64,000 nt of DNA from an uncultured Enterobacteriaceae bacterium (GCA_964617355.1 CAZTXP010000037.1:2270-66269); one strand, 5' to 3'. Counted from the stretch's first letter, positions 40,044-48,719 are shown. The notes: a model not told the origin generated them from the letters alone. Translations and numbers: made by a program.

Positions 40044-40648
40044 CGCCCTTCACCACGCTCACCGCGATCGCGGCGCATTACCCGAAGCCGAACGTCGACA
40101 CCGACCTCATCATCCGCGTCGAGCGCTGCGCGCAGGTGCCGAAGAACGAGCTCGGCCCCTGGGCCTTCGAGATGGCGCGCTACAAGCCCGACGGCAGCGA
40201 AAACCCGGACTTCGTGCTGAACCGCGCACCATGGCGCGAGGCCCGGATCCTCGTCGGCGCCGAGAACTTCGGCTGCGGCAGCTCGCGCGAGATGGCGGTG
40301 TGGGCGCTCGCGGGCATGGGCATCCGCTGCGTGATCGCGCCCTCGTTCGGCCAGATCTTCTTCGACAACTGCTTCCAGAACGGCCTGCTCGCGATCCGCC
40401 TGCCCGCCGACGCGCACGCCGTGCTGGCGAAGCGCGCGTCCGACCCGAGGGATTGCACCTTCACGGTGGACCTCGCCGCGCAGACCATCGACGGGCGGAT
40501 CCCGTTCGACGTCGACCCGCTGAGGAAGAAGATGCTGCTCGAGGGCCTTGACGAGATCGGCCTCACGCTGTCGCGCGAAGCCGAGATCGCCGCCTTCCAG
40601 CGCCGCGACCGCGACGCGCGGCCGTGGGTGTACGCGCCCGGCGCCTAG
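40040..40648 (+). CDS. leuD: LeuD-like hydratase small subunit
   Basis: NVDTDLII, ENFGCGSSREMA, SFGQIFF.NC.QNG, GLDEIGLTL; GTGA overlap. Confidence 0.88.
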   Translation: MTPFTTLTAIAAHYPKPNVDTDLIIRVERCAQVPKNELGPWAFEMARYKPDGSENPDFVLNRAPWREARILVGAENFGCGSSREMAVWALAGMGIRCVIAPSFGQIFFDNCFQNGLLAIRLPADAHAVLAKRASDPRDCTFTVDLAAQTIDGRIPFDVDPLRKKMLLEGLDEIGLTLSREAEIAAFQRRDRDARPWVYAPGA

Positions 40649-40667
40649 GCGAGGACCGGCCGCCTCC

Positions 40668-42914
40668 ATGCGCGACTTCGGCATCCTGCAGCCCGACGTG
40701 CTGGCCACCATCGGCTCGGCCGGCAACGCCAGCGGGCCCGATCCGCTCGGCATGGTGTTGCGCGCGATCCCGGTCTCGATCCTCGCGGTGCTCGCGACGA
40801 TGTTCGCGGTGGGCAACCAGGGCCCCTGGCTCGGGACGATCGCTACGATGCTCGCCTGGTCGGTCGCGCAGTGGCTGCTCGACCGCTCGGGCCGGCGCGA
40901 GCTGGCGCTGCTCGCGCTGGTCGCGGGCCTGTCGGTGTTCGCCGGCGTGGCCTGCGCGACGTACGGCTCGGTGCGCGGCCCCGCGAGCGCGCTCACGGTG
41001 GCCTCGGTCGCCGCGGCCGGGATCTTCCTGCGCCTGCCCTGGGTACTGGGCGCGATCGCGCTCAACCTCGGCGTCGTCGCCGCGCTGATCGCCGCCGAGG
41101 CCGCCGGCCTGATCCGCACCAGCGACATCCGGCCCAGCCCGGTGACGTGGCTGGTCTACGCCGGCGTCTGCGGCATCCTCGGCTTCGCCGCGTACCACAT
41201 GCGCTCCACGATGCGCGCGCGGCTCGAGCGCCAGATGGCCGCGGAGGCGGCACGGGCACGGGCGCAGGAGGACGCGCGCCGCAGCAGCGAGGCGCTGGAG
41301 ACCGTGTTCCGCATGGTGCCGGTGGCGCTCACGCTGTCGCGGCTCTCGGACGCGCGCGTGATCGAGGCCAACCCGGCGAACGCGGCGCACCTGGGCTACA
41401 CGCGCGAGGAGATGCTTGCGCTCGACGACGTGCGCGCGACCTGGGCCGATCCCGAGGACTACGCGCGCCTCGCGCGAGAGGTCGACTACGCGCGCCTCGC
41501 GCGCGCGGTCGACGGGCGCGGCCCCACCGCCACGATCGAGGCACGCCAGCGCACGCGCGCCGGGGACCTCGTCGACGTGCAGGCCTGGGCGGCGCGCGTC
41601 GACGTCGCCGGCGAGCCCTGCCTGCTGGTCGCGGCGATCAACGTCACCGACCGCAAGCGCGACGAGGCACTGCTCTACCGCCTCGCCGAGGGCGTCGCCG
41701 GCGCCACCGGCCAGCCGCTCTTCGCGTCGCTGGTCGAGCACCTCGCGGACGTGCTCGGCTGCGAGATCGCGTTCTGCGGCGAGGTCACCGGCCGCGGCGC
41801 GGTGCGCGCGCTCGCGCTGCGCAAGGACGGCGCGATGGCGCGCGACGCGACGCTGGACCTCGCCGGCACGCCCGACGCGCACCTGCCCTTCGACGGCAGC
41901 CCGAGCCTCACGCCCGACGGCGTGCTCGCCGCGTGGCCGGGCGCCGTCGCGCTCGACCCGCGCGTGCGAGGACACGCCGGCATGCTGTTGCGCGACGACG
42001 ATGGCGGCGCGATCGGCCTGCTCTCGGCCTACGCCTACCACCCGCTCGCGTGGTCGCCTCGCGCCGAAGCGCTGTTCCGCATCTTCGCCGCGCGCGCCGA
42101 GGCGGAGCTGCGCCACCTGCGCCGCGACCGCGAGCTGCAGGACCTGCGACGCTCGCTGGAATTGCGCGTGCGCGAGCGCACGCAGGACCTCGAGACCTTC
42201 TCGTACTCGGTGTCGCACGACCTGCGCGCGCCGCTGCGCGCGGTGAGCGGCATGTCGTCGATCCTGCGCCAGGACTTCGGCGCCACGCTCGCGCCCGCCG
42301 CGATCGGGTACCTCGACCGCATCGACCACAACGCGCTCAAGATGGGGCGGCTGGTCGACGGCCTGATCGAGTTCGCGCGCCTGGGCCTCGCGCCGCTCGA
42401 GCCGCGCGAGGTCGAGATGCGCCCGCTGGTCGAGCGCGCCGCGTCCGGCCTCGACGCCTTTGCCGACGGCCGCGTCGAGCTGCGCATCGGCACGCTGCAC
42501 CCCGCGGTGGGCGAGCCGCGCATGCTGGCGCTGGCCTGGCACCACCTGCTCGACAACGCGGCCAAGTTCTCGGCCTCGATCGGGCACCCGTGCGTGCACG
42601 TCAACTCGGAGCGACTGCCCGACGGCTGGGTGCGCTACTCGGTCGCCGACAACGGCGTCGGCTTCGACCCGGCGTACGCGCACAAGATCTTCGGCGTGTT
42701 CGAGCGCCTGCACGACGAGGCGCGATTCGAGGGCACCGGCATCGGCCTCGCGCTCGTGCGCCGCATCGTGCTGCGCCATGGCGGCACCACCGAGGCGCGC
42801 GGCGAGCCGGGCCGCGGCGCGACCCTGTCGTTCATCCTGCCGCCCGCTCAGGCCGGCGGCAGCACGATCGCGGTGTCGTCGCGGTTGCCCCACTCGCCCC
42901 ACGACGAGACGTAG
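40668..42914 (+). CDS. Membrane sensor histidine kinase (TM-PAS-GAF-HisKA-HATPase)
   Basis: Multiple TM helices, PAS (EANPA), H-box SHDLRAPL, DNAAKF, DNGVGF, GTGIGL; no response regulator in the window. Confidence 0.9.
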   Translation: MRDFGILQPDVLATIGSAGNASGPDPLGMVLRAIPVSILAVLATMFAVGNQGPWLGTIATMLAWSVAQWLLDRSGRRELALLALVAGLSVFAGVACATYGSVRGPASALTVASVAAAGIFLRLPWVLGAIALNLGVVAALIAAEAAGLIRTSDIRPSPVTWLVYAGVCGILGFAAYHMRSTMRARLERQMAAEAARARAQEDARRSSEALETVFRMVPVALTLSRLSDARVIEANPANAAHLGYTREEMLALDDVRATWADPEDYARLAREVDYARLARAVDGRGPTATIEARQRTRAGDLVDVQAWAARVDVAGEPCLLVAAINVTDRKRDEALLYRLAEGVAGATGQPLFASLVEHLADVLGCEIAFCGEVTGRGAVRALALRKDGAMARDATLDLAGTPDAHLPFDGSPSLTPDGVLAAWPGAVALDPRVRGHAGMLLRDDDGGAIGLLSAYAYHPLAWSPRAEALFRIFAARAEAELRHLRRDRELQDLRRSLELRVRERTQDLETFSYSVSHDLRAPLRAVSGMSSILRQDFGATLAPAAIGYLDRIDHNALKMGRLVDGLIEFARLGLAPLEPREVEMRPLVERAASGLDAFADGRVELRIGTLHPAVGEPRMLALAWHHLLDNAAKFSASIGHPCVHVNSERLPDGWVRYSVADNGVGFDPAYAHKIFGVFERLHDEARFEGTGIGLALVRRIVLRHGGTTEARGEPGRGATLSFILPPAQAGGSTIAVSSRLPHSPHDET
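41457..41510 (+). repeat. 27-bp in-frame tandem duplication in the kinase PAS domain
   Basis: GACTACGCGCGCCTCGCGCGAGAGGTC / GACTACGCGCGCCTCGCGCGCGCGGTC (DYARLAREV/DYARLARAV). Confidence 0.85.
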
Positions 42915-43702
42915 TTCCGGACGCGCGGGTAGCCGAGCGACTTCAGCGCGAGGAAGGTGCTCGCCGAACGGTAGCCGCCCTGGCAGACCGGAATCACGAC
43001 CTTGTCGGGCGTCACGCCGCGCGACTCGTACAGCGCGCGGATCTCGTTCGCCGGGCGCAGCGAGCCGTCGGGCGCGATGTGCTCGCGCCAGAACACGTGC
43101 ACCGCGCCGGGGATCGTGCCGGCACGCTTCGCGCGCTTCTCGGTGCCGCGATGCTCGGATTCGCGGCGCACGTCGACGATCACCGAGCCGGGATCGCCGA
43201 TCGCCGCGGCGACGTCGAAGCGCGTGGCGAGGAACGAGCGGTTCTGCTCGCTGCGGAACGGCGGCGCGGTGGGCGGCGAGGTCGCGGGGTCCGGGTGCGG
43301 CGGCGCCGAGTCGAGGCGCACGAGAGATCCGCCCGCCGCGGTCCACGCGTGCGTGCCGCCGTCGAGCAGCCGCGCATCGGGATGCCCCAGCACCGCGAGC
43401 AGCCACACCGCGCGCGATGCGCGCTCGCCGCTCTCGTGGTCGTAGCAGACCACCGGCCGCTCCGCGGTCACGCCGCGCGCGCCGAACAGCACGCGGAAGA
43501 TGCCGAGGAACGAGGCCAGCGGCGCCTCGGCGGAATCCGACAGGCTGATGCCGTAGAGGTCGAGCGGCCTCGCGCCCGGGATGTGGCCGACCGCATAGTC
43601 CTCGGCCGGCCGCAGGTCGAGCAGCGTGACCGCGCCCAGCTGCTCGCGCAGTTCGCGAGCCGTGACGAGGTAACGCGTATCCGTGAAGCCCTTCGTGTCC
43701 AT
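42848..43702 (-). CDS. Two-domain sulfurtransferase (rhodanese/SseA-like)
   Basis: GHIPGA, LLDGG..AW, GTIPGAVH, active-site CQGGYRS, NYVSSWGEW. Confidence 0.9.
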   Translation of the reverse strand: MDTKGFTDTRYLVTARELREQLGAVTLLDLRPAEDYAVGHIPGARPLDLYGISLSDSAEAPLASFLGIFRVLFGARGVTAERPVVCYDHESGERASRAVWLLAVLGHPDARLLDGGTHAWTAAGGSLVRLDSAPPHPDPATSPPTAPPFRSEQNRSFLATRFDVAAAIGDPGSVIVDVRRESEHRGTEKRAKRAGTIPGAVHVFWREHIAPDGSLRPANEIRALYESRGVTPDKVVIPVCQGGYRSASTFLALKSLGYPRVRNYVSSWGEWGNRDDTAIVLPPA

Positions 43703-44394
43703 CAGTCGCCTCCGCCTCCGCCGCACCCGCCGCCGCCGCAACCGGAGTCGCCGCCCGAGTCGCCGCCGATCGAGAAATCGCCGCCATCGACGCCGTCGCC
43801 GGCCGTGCGCTCGCCGAGCTCGGCGCCGCAATGCACGTTGCGCGCGCCGTCGCCGACCGTCGGCCCGCAGTTCGCCACGTAGCGAAAGCCATCGGCGACG
43901 CCGAGCTTGCCGTCGATCGCGAAGAGGAGCGGCACCCGCGCGGGCGCGGCCGGGTTGATGTTCTCCTCGCGGCAGGCGTAGTGCCACGTGCGCCTGAGGC
44001 CCGTGTCGTCGTTCTGCCCGTGGCTCAGCACCGCCGCGGGCACGTGATGCATGTAGCCGCCGAACGCCGCCTTGCAGAACGCGTGGTACTCGCGCGTGTA
44101 GAGGATGAACTCGTGCCACAGGTCGTCCACCACCTTCGAGGGCATGGACACGAATTTCATGCCGCTCGAGAGATGGCAAAGGAAGTACTGCCGCAGCGCC
44201 TGCGCGACCAGCGCGTGGTACTTCGGATCCACCTCGGGGCGGCGCTCGCCGAGCTTGTGGAACAGGCCGCGCGGCAGCTGGAAGGTGCGGATGTGGCGCT
44301 CGCGCCGCGCCGCCGACACCTTCGTCCACAGCGTCACGATGGCGAACGTCGCCACCGCCGCCAATGCGATCGCCAGCAGCACGTACTTGGTCAT
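43702..44394 (-). CDS. Membrane-anchored glycine-rich-domain protein with Gly/Cys tail
   Basis: N-terminal TM, PSKVVDDLWHEFILYT..Y..FC...FG..MHH.P, C-terminal GGDSGCGGGGCGGGGGD. Confidence 0.7.
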   Translation of the reverse strand: MTKYVLLAIALAAVATFAIVTLWTKVSAARRERHIRTFQLPRGLFHKLGERRPEVDPKYHALVAQALRQYFLCHLSSGMKFVSMPSKVVDDLWHEFILYTREYHAFCKAAFGGYMHHVPAAVLSHGQNDDTGLRRTWHYACREENINPAAPARVPLLFAIDGKLGVADGFRYVANCGPTVGDGARNVHCGAELGERTAGDGVDGGDFSIGGDSGGDSGCGGGGCGGGGGD

Positions 44395-44891
44395 GCCTGC
44401 GCCCTCCCTTCATCCCGCTGGTTCCTCGCCGTGCCGATCCGCGTGCCGACCAGTACGCCGATCACCGTGAGCAGGGCGCCGACCAGCACCTGGTCGATGA
44501 CGAACGCGGCCTCGCTGCCCGCGAACACGAGGCCGAGCAGCACCGAGATGCCGGCGAGGATCCACCCGAGGCGCGCCTCGTCGCGCTTCGCGATGCGCGC
44601 GCACACGTAGCCCCCGAGCGCCGACGCGGCCGCGCCGCACGCGGTGGCGAGCAGCGTCAGGGGCGTCCAGCCGGACTGGCGCAGCAGCTGCGCCGAGAAT
44701 TCCTCGGCCGAGGCGCCGGTCCCGGCGAGCACCATGGCGAACACGATCGACAGCACCGTGCCGCTCGCGATCGTCGCGCCGATGTCCACCACCGCGCCGA
44801 CGAGCACCGCCTTCACCGGCGAGCCCGGCGCGAGGTCGGGCCGGTCCGCGACCCTCGCGTCCGGCGGCGTGAACGGATTGGGCGGGGTCAT
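44391..44891 (-). CDS. Hypothetical membrane protein
   Basis: NPFTPPDARVAD leader then four hydrophobic segments. Confidence 0.65.
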   Translation of the reverse strand: MTPPNPFTPPDARVADRPDLAPGSPVKAVLVGAVVDIGATIASGTVLSIVFAMVLAGTGASAEEFSAQLLRQSGWTPLTLLATACGAAASALGGYVCARIAKRDEARLGWILAGISVLLGLVFAGSEAAFVIDQVLVGALLTVIGVLVGTRIGTARNQRDEGRAQA

Positions 44892-44908
44892 CGCCACGAT
44901 CCCGGCCG

Positions 44909-45370
44909 CTAGGGCGCGACCTCGACCACCGCCTTCAGGATGACGGGCACTCCGCCGCGCAGGGAACTCGCGCCGAGCACCGAGCGCGCGTGCACGCCCT
45001 TCTCGCCGAACACCTCGACGAGCAGGTCGGAGCACCCGTTCATCACCTTGGGGTGGTCCTCGAACTCGGGCACCGCGTTCAGGAAGCCCTGGATCTCGAC
45101 CACGCGCGCGACCCGGTCGAGCGAGCCCAGCTCCGCGCGCATCACCGCGATCAGGTCGAGCGCCGTGGTGCGCGCGAAGCGGTAGCCCTGCTCGACGGTG
45201 AACTCCTTGCCGAGCCGGCCCTTGGGCAGCCGGCCGTCCTCGGGCAGCGGCGCCTTGCCCGCGATGAAGAGCAGGTTCCCGGTGCGCACTGCGTTGACGT
45301 AATTGGCGGCGGGCGAAGTGCCGGCGGGGATGGCGAGGCCGAGCTCTCGGATGCGCTGTTCGGCGGACAT
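44909..45370 (-). CDS. RidA/YjgF family protein
   Basis: ANYVNAVRTGNLLFIAG, VMNGCSDLL..VFGE.G.HARS.LG..SL. Confidence 0.9.
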   Translation of the reverse strand: MSAEQRIRELGLAIPAGTSPAANYVNAVRTGNLLFIAGKAPLPEDGRLPKGRLGKEFTVEQGYRFARTTALDLIAVMRAELGSLDRVARVVEIQGFLNAVPEFEDHPKVMNGCSDLLVEVFGEKGVHARSVLGASSLRGGVPVILKAVVEVAP

Positions 45371-45513
45371 GGGAAGCTCCTCTCTGGCAACGGCGACTGC
45401 GGGCGGGGAATACGGCCGGAATGCTGGCGCCGCCTTCGATCGGGCGAATCGCGCAGGGACGGGGATCCGGACGCTCGCGACGGGCTGGTTCGCATCATGC
45501 CGCATTCGCCCGG

Positions 45514-46131
45514 CTACGGCCGCCACGACGCCACGACCTCGCCCGCGACCCTGCGCGCGCCCGCGACCCCGCCGTGCTTGTCGTAGAACCACGCCGCAAC
45601 CAGCAGCCCCTTCCGGTGCGCCACCGCGTACAGGTGCGCCGGCTCCTCGTACGTGCCGAGCCAGCCGGAGCGACGCACCGCGAGCTGGCGCGTGCGCTCG
45701 GGGCCGTCCGGCCCGTCGGCGCGCTCGATCGGGAAGTGCTTCTCCTTGCCGTCCCAGCGCTGGCCCGGGATCTCGGAGGCCGCGCTCCAGAGGGTCGACA
45801 GCGCGGCGCCCGCCTGCTGCACGAAGCGGTCCAGCGACGCGAAGCGCGCCGGCAAACCGACCGCGAGCATGCCATCGCAATCCGGATGCCCCGACAGCGT
45901 CGAGTCCCAGTTGCGATACGCCACCAGCGCATCGGGGGCGCGGTCCGCGTAGTTCGGATAGCTCGTCTTCACCAGGAACGGCGAGGGCACCGCCACCGAC
46001 CCGCCGCCCGGCAGCGCTGCGCGCGATTGCGCGAAGGCGAGCGGCGCGAACGGGATTCCGGCAAGCGCGAGGAGCAGCGAGCGGCGAGAATGGTTCAGAA
46101 GATGCCGCGGACCGGCACGCTCGGCGCTCAC
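45514..46131 (-). CDS. Hypothetical exported protein, probable Tat substrate
   Basis: SRRSLLLALAG...AFAQ twin-arginine leader; GTGA overlap with the parD-like gene. Confidence 0.55.
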   Translation of the reverse strand: MSAERAGPRHLLNHSRRSLLLALAGIPFAPLAFAQSRAALPGGGSVAVPSPFLVKTSYPNYADRAPDALVAYRNWDSTLSGHPDCDGMLAVGLPARFASLDRFVQQAGAALSTLWSAASEIPGQRWDGKEKHFPIERADGPDGPERTRQLAVRRSGWLGTYEEPAHLYAVAHRKGLLVAAWFYDKHGGVAGARRVAGEVVASWRP

Positions 46132-46379
46132 GCCTTCGCGCGCGGCCGAACCGCCCTGCCGACCTGGGCACGCAGGCTGTCGAAGTACATCGCGCCAGCA
46201 GGCACGGACGACGTGGAGCGCACGCCCGCCAGCAACAGGTCACGCAATTGCTGCCGTTGTTGCTCGCGAAGGAGCAACTCCCTCACGTAACCGCTACGCG
46301 TGCCATAGCCCCGCTCGCCGACCGCCTTGTCGATGAAGGTCTTGAGCGAATCGGGCAAGGATATGTTCAGCCTGACCAT
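46128..46379 (-). CDS. ParD-like (CC2985-type) ribbon-helix-helix antitoxin, no adjacent toxin
   Basis: LNISLPDSLK.FID..V...GYGTRSGYVRELL.REQ.R.QLR.LLL.G..S. Confidence 0.78.
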   Translation of the reverse strand: MVRLNISLPDSLKTFIDKAVGERGYGTRSGYVRELLLREQQRQQLRDLLLAGVRSTSSVPAGAMYFDSLRAQVGRAVRPRAKA

Positions 46380-46480
46380 CGGGAAAGCCTAGGCGTCTCG
46401 GCGAATTCTGGCAACACCAAGCCCGCAAGGCCCGCGCAATAGCCCACCCGCACTCAAGAATCCGTCGCCAGCGCCGACAG

Positions 46481-46756
46481 CTAGACCGACTTGCCCAGCA
46501 CGTCCGCCATGCGCGTCTGCCAGCCGGGGCCCGTGGCCTTCCAGCGCGCGAGCGTCTCGGGCGGCAGGCGAAGGCTGATGGCGACCTTGGCGTCGTGCGA
46601 TTTCGGCCGCCCCCGCGGCTTGAGCATCGCGGCGGCCGCGCGCGCGCCGAAGATCCGGGGCAGCACGTCCCTCGCAGGCCGCGCCTCCGCGATCATCTTC
46701 GCGGTCCACTCCGGATTCTTCCGCAGGGACTTCCTAGGACTGGAGCGCTTCTTCAT
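46481..46756 (-). CDS. brnA: BrnA antitoxin
   Basis: RGRPK....K.AISLRL....LARWKATGPGWQTRM. Confidence 0.9.
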   Translation of the reverse strand: MKKRSSPRKSLRKNPEWTAKMIAEARPARDVLPRIFGARAAAAMLKPRGRPKSHDAKVAISLRLPPETLARWKATGPGWQTRMADVLGKSV

Positions 46757-47003
46757 ATCGCCTGACCTCACGCTTGTTGGCCTTGCGCAGGCTGATCACC
46801 CGGGGCCTGCCCTCGCGCGGCGTGAAAACCACGCTGTGCAGCCGGTCGCCGATGAACCCGAGCACGCAATACCGCCGCTCGCCGTAGTCCTTGCGCCGGT
46901 CTTCCCAGATTAGCGCCGTGGACCAGTCGAGTTCCGCGGCAAGATCCAGCGAAAGGCCGCGCTGCTCGAGATTGCGGCGCTCCTTCTCCGGATCCTTGTC
47001 CAC
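46734..47003 (-). CDS. brnT: BrnT ribonuclease toxin
   Basis: DPEK..RNL..RGL, D.R.DYGERR...LG.I..RL..VVFT.R....RVISLRKAN.RE. Confidence 0.9.
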   Translation of the reverse strand: MDKDPEKERRNLEQRGLSLDLAAELDWSTALIWEDRRKDYGERRYCVLGFIGDRLHSVVFTPREGRPRVISLRKANKREVRRYEEALQS

Positions 47004-47007
47004 CGAT

Positions 47008-47025
47008 TAATTGTATATACGATTA
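47008..47025. promoter_or_regulatory. 18-bp palindrome TAATTGTATATACGATTA, candidate brnTA operator
   Basis: Dyad with a single mismatched pair directly upstream of brnT. Confidence 0.65.
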
Positions 47026-47039
47026 TTCAGCGCCGCAAG

Positions 47040-47468
47040 CTACGCCGCACCCGCCGGCCTTGGCGGCGGCGGCTGCGCCTCGAAACGCTGCAGCGAAGCG
47101 TCCATGCACGCCCACGCGGGCGCGCTGGCGCTCCAGATGTTGGCGACGGGCCGCACCGACGAGGGATCGTCCAGCGTGCCGACGCGCACCACCACGAACC
47201 CCGGATAGCCGGGCGACTCGGCGAAGAGGTGGCAGCCGCAGCGCGAGCAGAAGCGCCGCCGCACCGCGTTGCCGCTCTCCGCGGGGCGCACGAGCTCGGT
47301 CATCGGCCCCGACACCTCGAGCGCGCTCGCCGGGAACACCGCGTTCACGGTGCCGTTGGCCGCGATGCGCTGGCAATCGCGGCACCAGCACACGCGCGCG
47401 CCCACCGGATCGGCCGTCAATCGATAGCGCACTTCACCGCAAAGGCAACCACCGGTACGGTCCATCAT
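47040..47468 (-). CDS. GFA/CENP-V family protein
   Basis: GGCLCG.VRY, CWCRDCQR, RRFCSRCG. Confidence 0.9.
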   Translation of the reverse strand: MMDRTGGCLCGEVRYRLTADPVGARVCWCRDCQRIAANGTVNAVFPASALEVSGPMTELVRPAESGNAVRRRFCSRCGCHLFAESPGYPGFVVVRVGTLDDPSSVRPVANIWSASAPAWACMDASLQRFEAQPPPPRPAGAA

Positions 47469-47512
47469 GGGGACTCCTGTCGATGAACGCTCGTTGACGA
47501 CGCGGCCGCGGA

Positions 47513-47926
47513 CTACGGCTTCGCCCCGCCCTTCAGCTCCGCCACGCGCTTGGCTTCCTCCTTGCGGATGCGATCCATCATCGCCGCATCCGGATCCTTC
47601 CAGCCGGCGCCGCCCGCGCGCGCCATGTGCACGACCGCGCGCGCGAATTCCTCGAGCGCGAGATCCTGCCGGCCGCCCCTGGGCGGCATGGCGCGAAGGC
47701 CGACCCACGCGTGCGCGGTGAGCACGGGCTGCCCTTCCTTGATCAGCGGCGCCCACGCCTTGCGATCGCCGAACTTCGGCGCGCCGGCCACGCCGGCGGC
47801 ATGGCAGGCCGAGCAGGTCTGGGCATACACCTGCTCGCCGGACTTCAATGCCTGAGCGCCCGCGACCAGCGGGCTGCCGAGCGCGAGGGCGAGGATCGTG
47901 AAGCGTCGGGGGAAGTCGTGCGTCAT
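47513..47926 (-). CDS. Cytochrome c5-family protein
   Basis: Signal peptide, CSACH heme motif, GVAGAPKFGD..AW, MPPRGG. Confidence 0.9.
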   Translation of the reverse strand: MTHDFPRRFTILALALGSPLVAGAQALKSGEQVYAQTCSACHAAGVAGAPKFGDRKAWAPLIKEGQPVLTAHAWVGLRAMPPRGGRQDLALEEFARAVVHMARAGGAGWKDPDAAMMDRIRKEEAKRVAELKGGAKP

Positions 47927-47994
47927 GGTTGCGTTGCCCTTTGCGTGCAGTGCCGCTCGAACCGGAAGGAGCGCAATTCTAAGGCGCGGCGACC

Positions 47995-48282
47995 TCAGGC
48001 CGCCCACAGCGCCCCGACCACCAGGAGCGTCGCCGCCACGCCGGCCAGCGGCGAGAGCAGCAGCGCCCTGCGCCGCGCGGCGAGTACCGGCCGGCCGAGG
48101 AACGCGAGAAACGGCAAGCCCAGGAACGCCGGTGCGCCCGACGCGAGCCCGAACCACACCCCGAACAGGGCCTCGTTGTACGCAGGATCGGGCGGCGCGA
48201 CGAACCACCACGCGCAGAAATACATCATCAAGCCGCACGCGAGCGAGGCCCACGCGAAGGCGAGCCAGCGGATCAGCGACAT
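47995..48282 (-). CDS. Hypothetical membrane protein
   Basis: Three hydrophobic segments; start MSLIRW assumed. Confidence 0.55.
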   Translation of the reverse strand: MSLIRWLAFAWASLACGLMMYFCAWWFVAPPDPAYNEALFGVWFGLASGAPAFLGLPFLAFLGRPVLAARRRALLLSPLAGVAATLLVVGALWAA

Positions 48283-48311
48283 CGCAACCGGCCCTCCCCC
48301 CTGCACGACGC

Positions 48312-48719
48312 TCAGTCGCGCACGGCGGCGCGCAGCGCGGCCTTCTGCGCGTCGTCGGGATTGCCGAAGAAGCGCTCATTCTTGCCGTCGCGCACCAGCA
48401 ATCCCCAGGCCTTCGCGCCGTCGGCCGTGAACAGCACGAAGAAGCGGTTGTCGCCGCAGTCGTGCGTCTTGCACACGTTGCCGACGTAGTGCGCCGCGCC
48501 GCCCACCGTGACGCGCTTGCCCGGCGACGAAGGGCCGTCCTTGGTCTTCGCGTACCGCGCGAGCCACGCATCCACGCCCTTCTCGCCCGCGAGCATCGCG
48601 TTCCACGACTTGAGGTACGCCGGCTTGGCGAGGACGTCGAAGAGGTACTCCTGCGCGAGCGCGACGGTCGACGCGAAGGCGAGCGGGAGGCAGAGCGCGA
48701 GGCGGGTGCGAAGGGTCAT
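48312..48719 (-). CDS. ivy: Ivy-like lysozyme inhibitor
   Basis: Signal peptide and CKTHDC loop (Ivy signature CKPHDC), followed by the usual ..LF....K.WGLL strand. Confidence 0.78.
   Translation of the reverse strand: MTLRTRLALCLPLAFASTVALAQEYLFDVLAKPAYLKSWNAMLAGEKGVDAWLARYAKTKDGPSSPGKRVTVGGAAHYVGNVCKTHDCGDNRFFVLFTADGAKAWGLLVRDGKNERFFGNPDDAQKAALRAAVRD

Noticed and set aside
40563-43892. Very long alternative-frame ORFs (1109 aa minus, 1003 aa plus, and many similar across the window)
   Set aside because: Arg/Ala/Pro-rich shadows of real genes caused by stop-codon scarcity in high-GC DNA; no recognisable motifs.
46453-46465. 13-bp match CTCAAGAATCCGT shared (inverted) with the attC at 54732-54744
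   Set aside because: Noticed post hoc; no attC boxes or hairpin around the 46.4-kb copy, so chance cannot be excluded.
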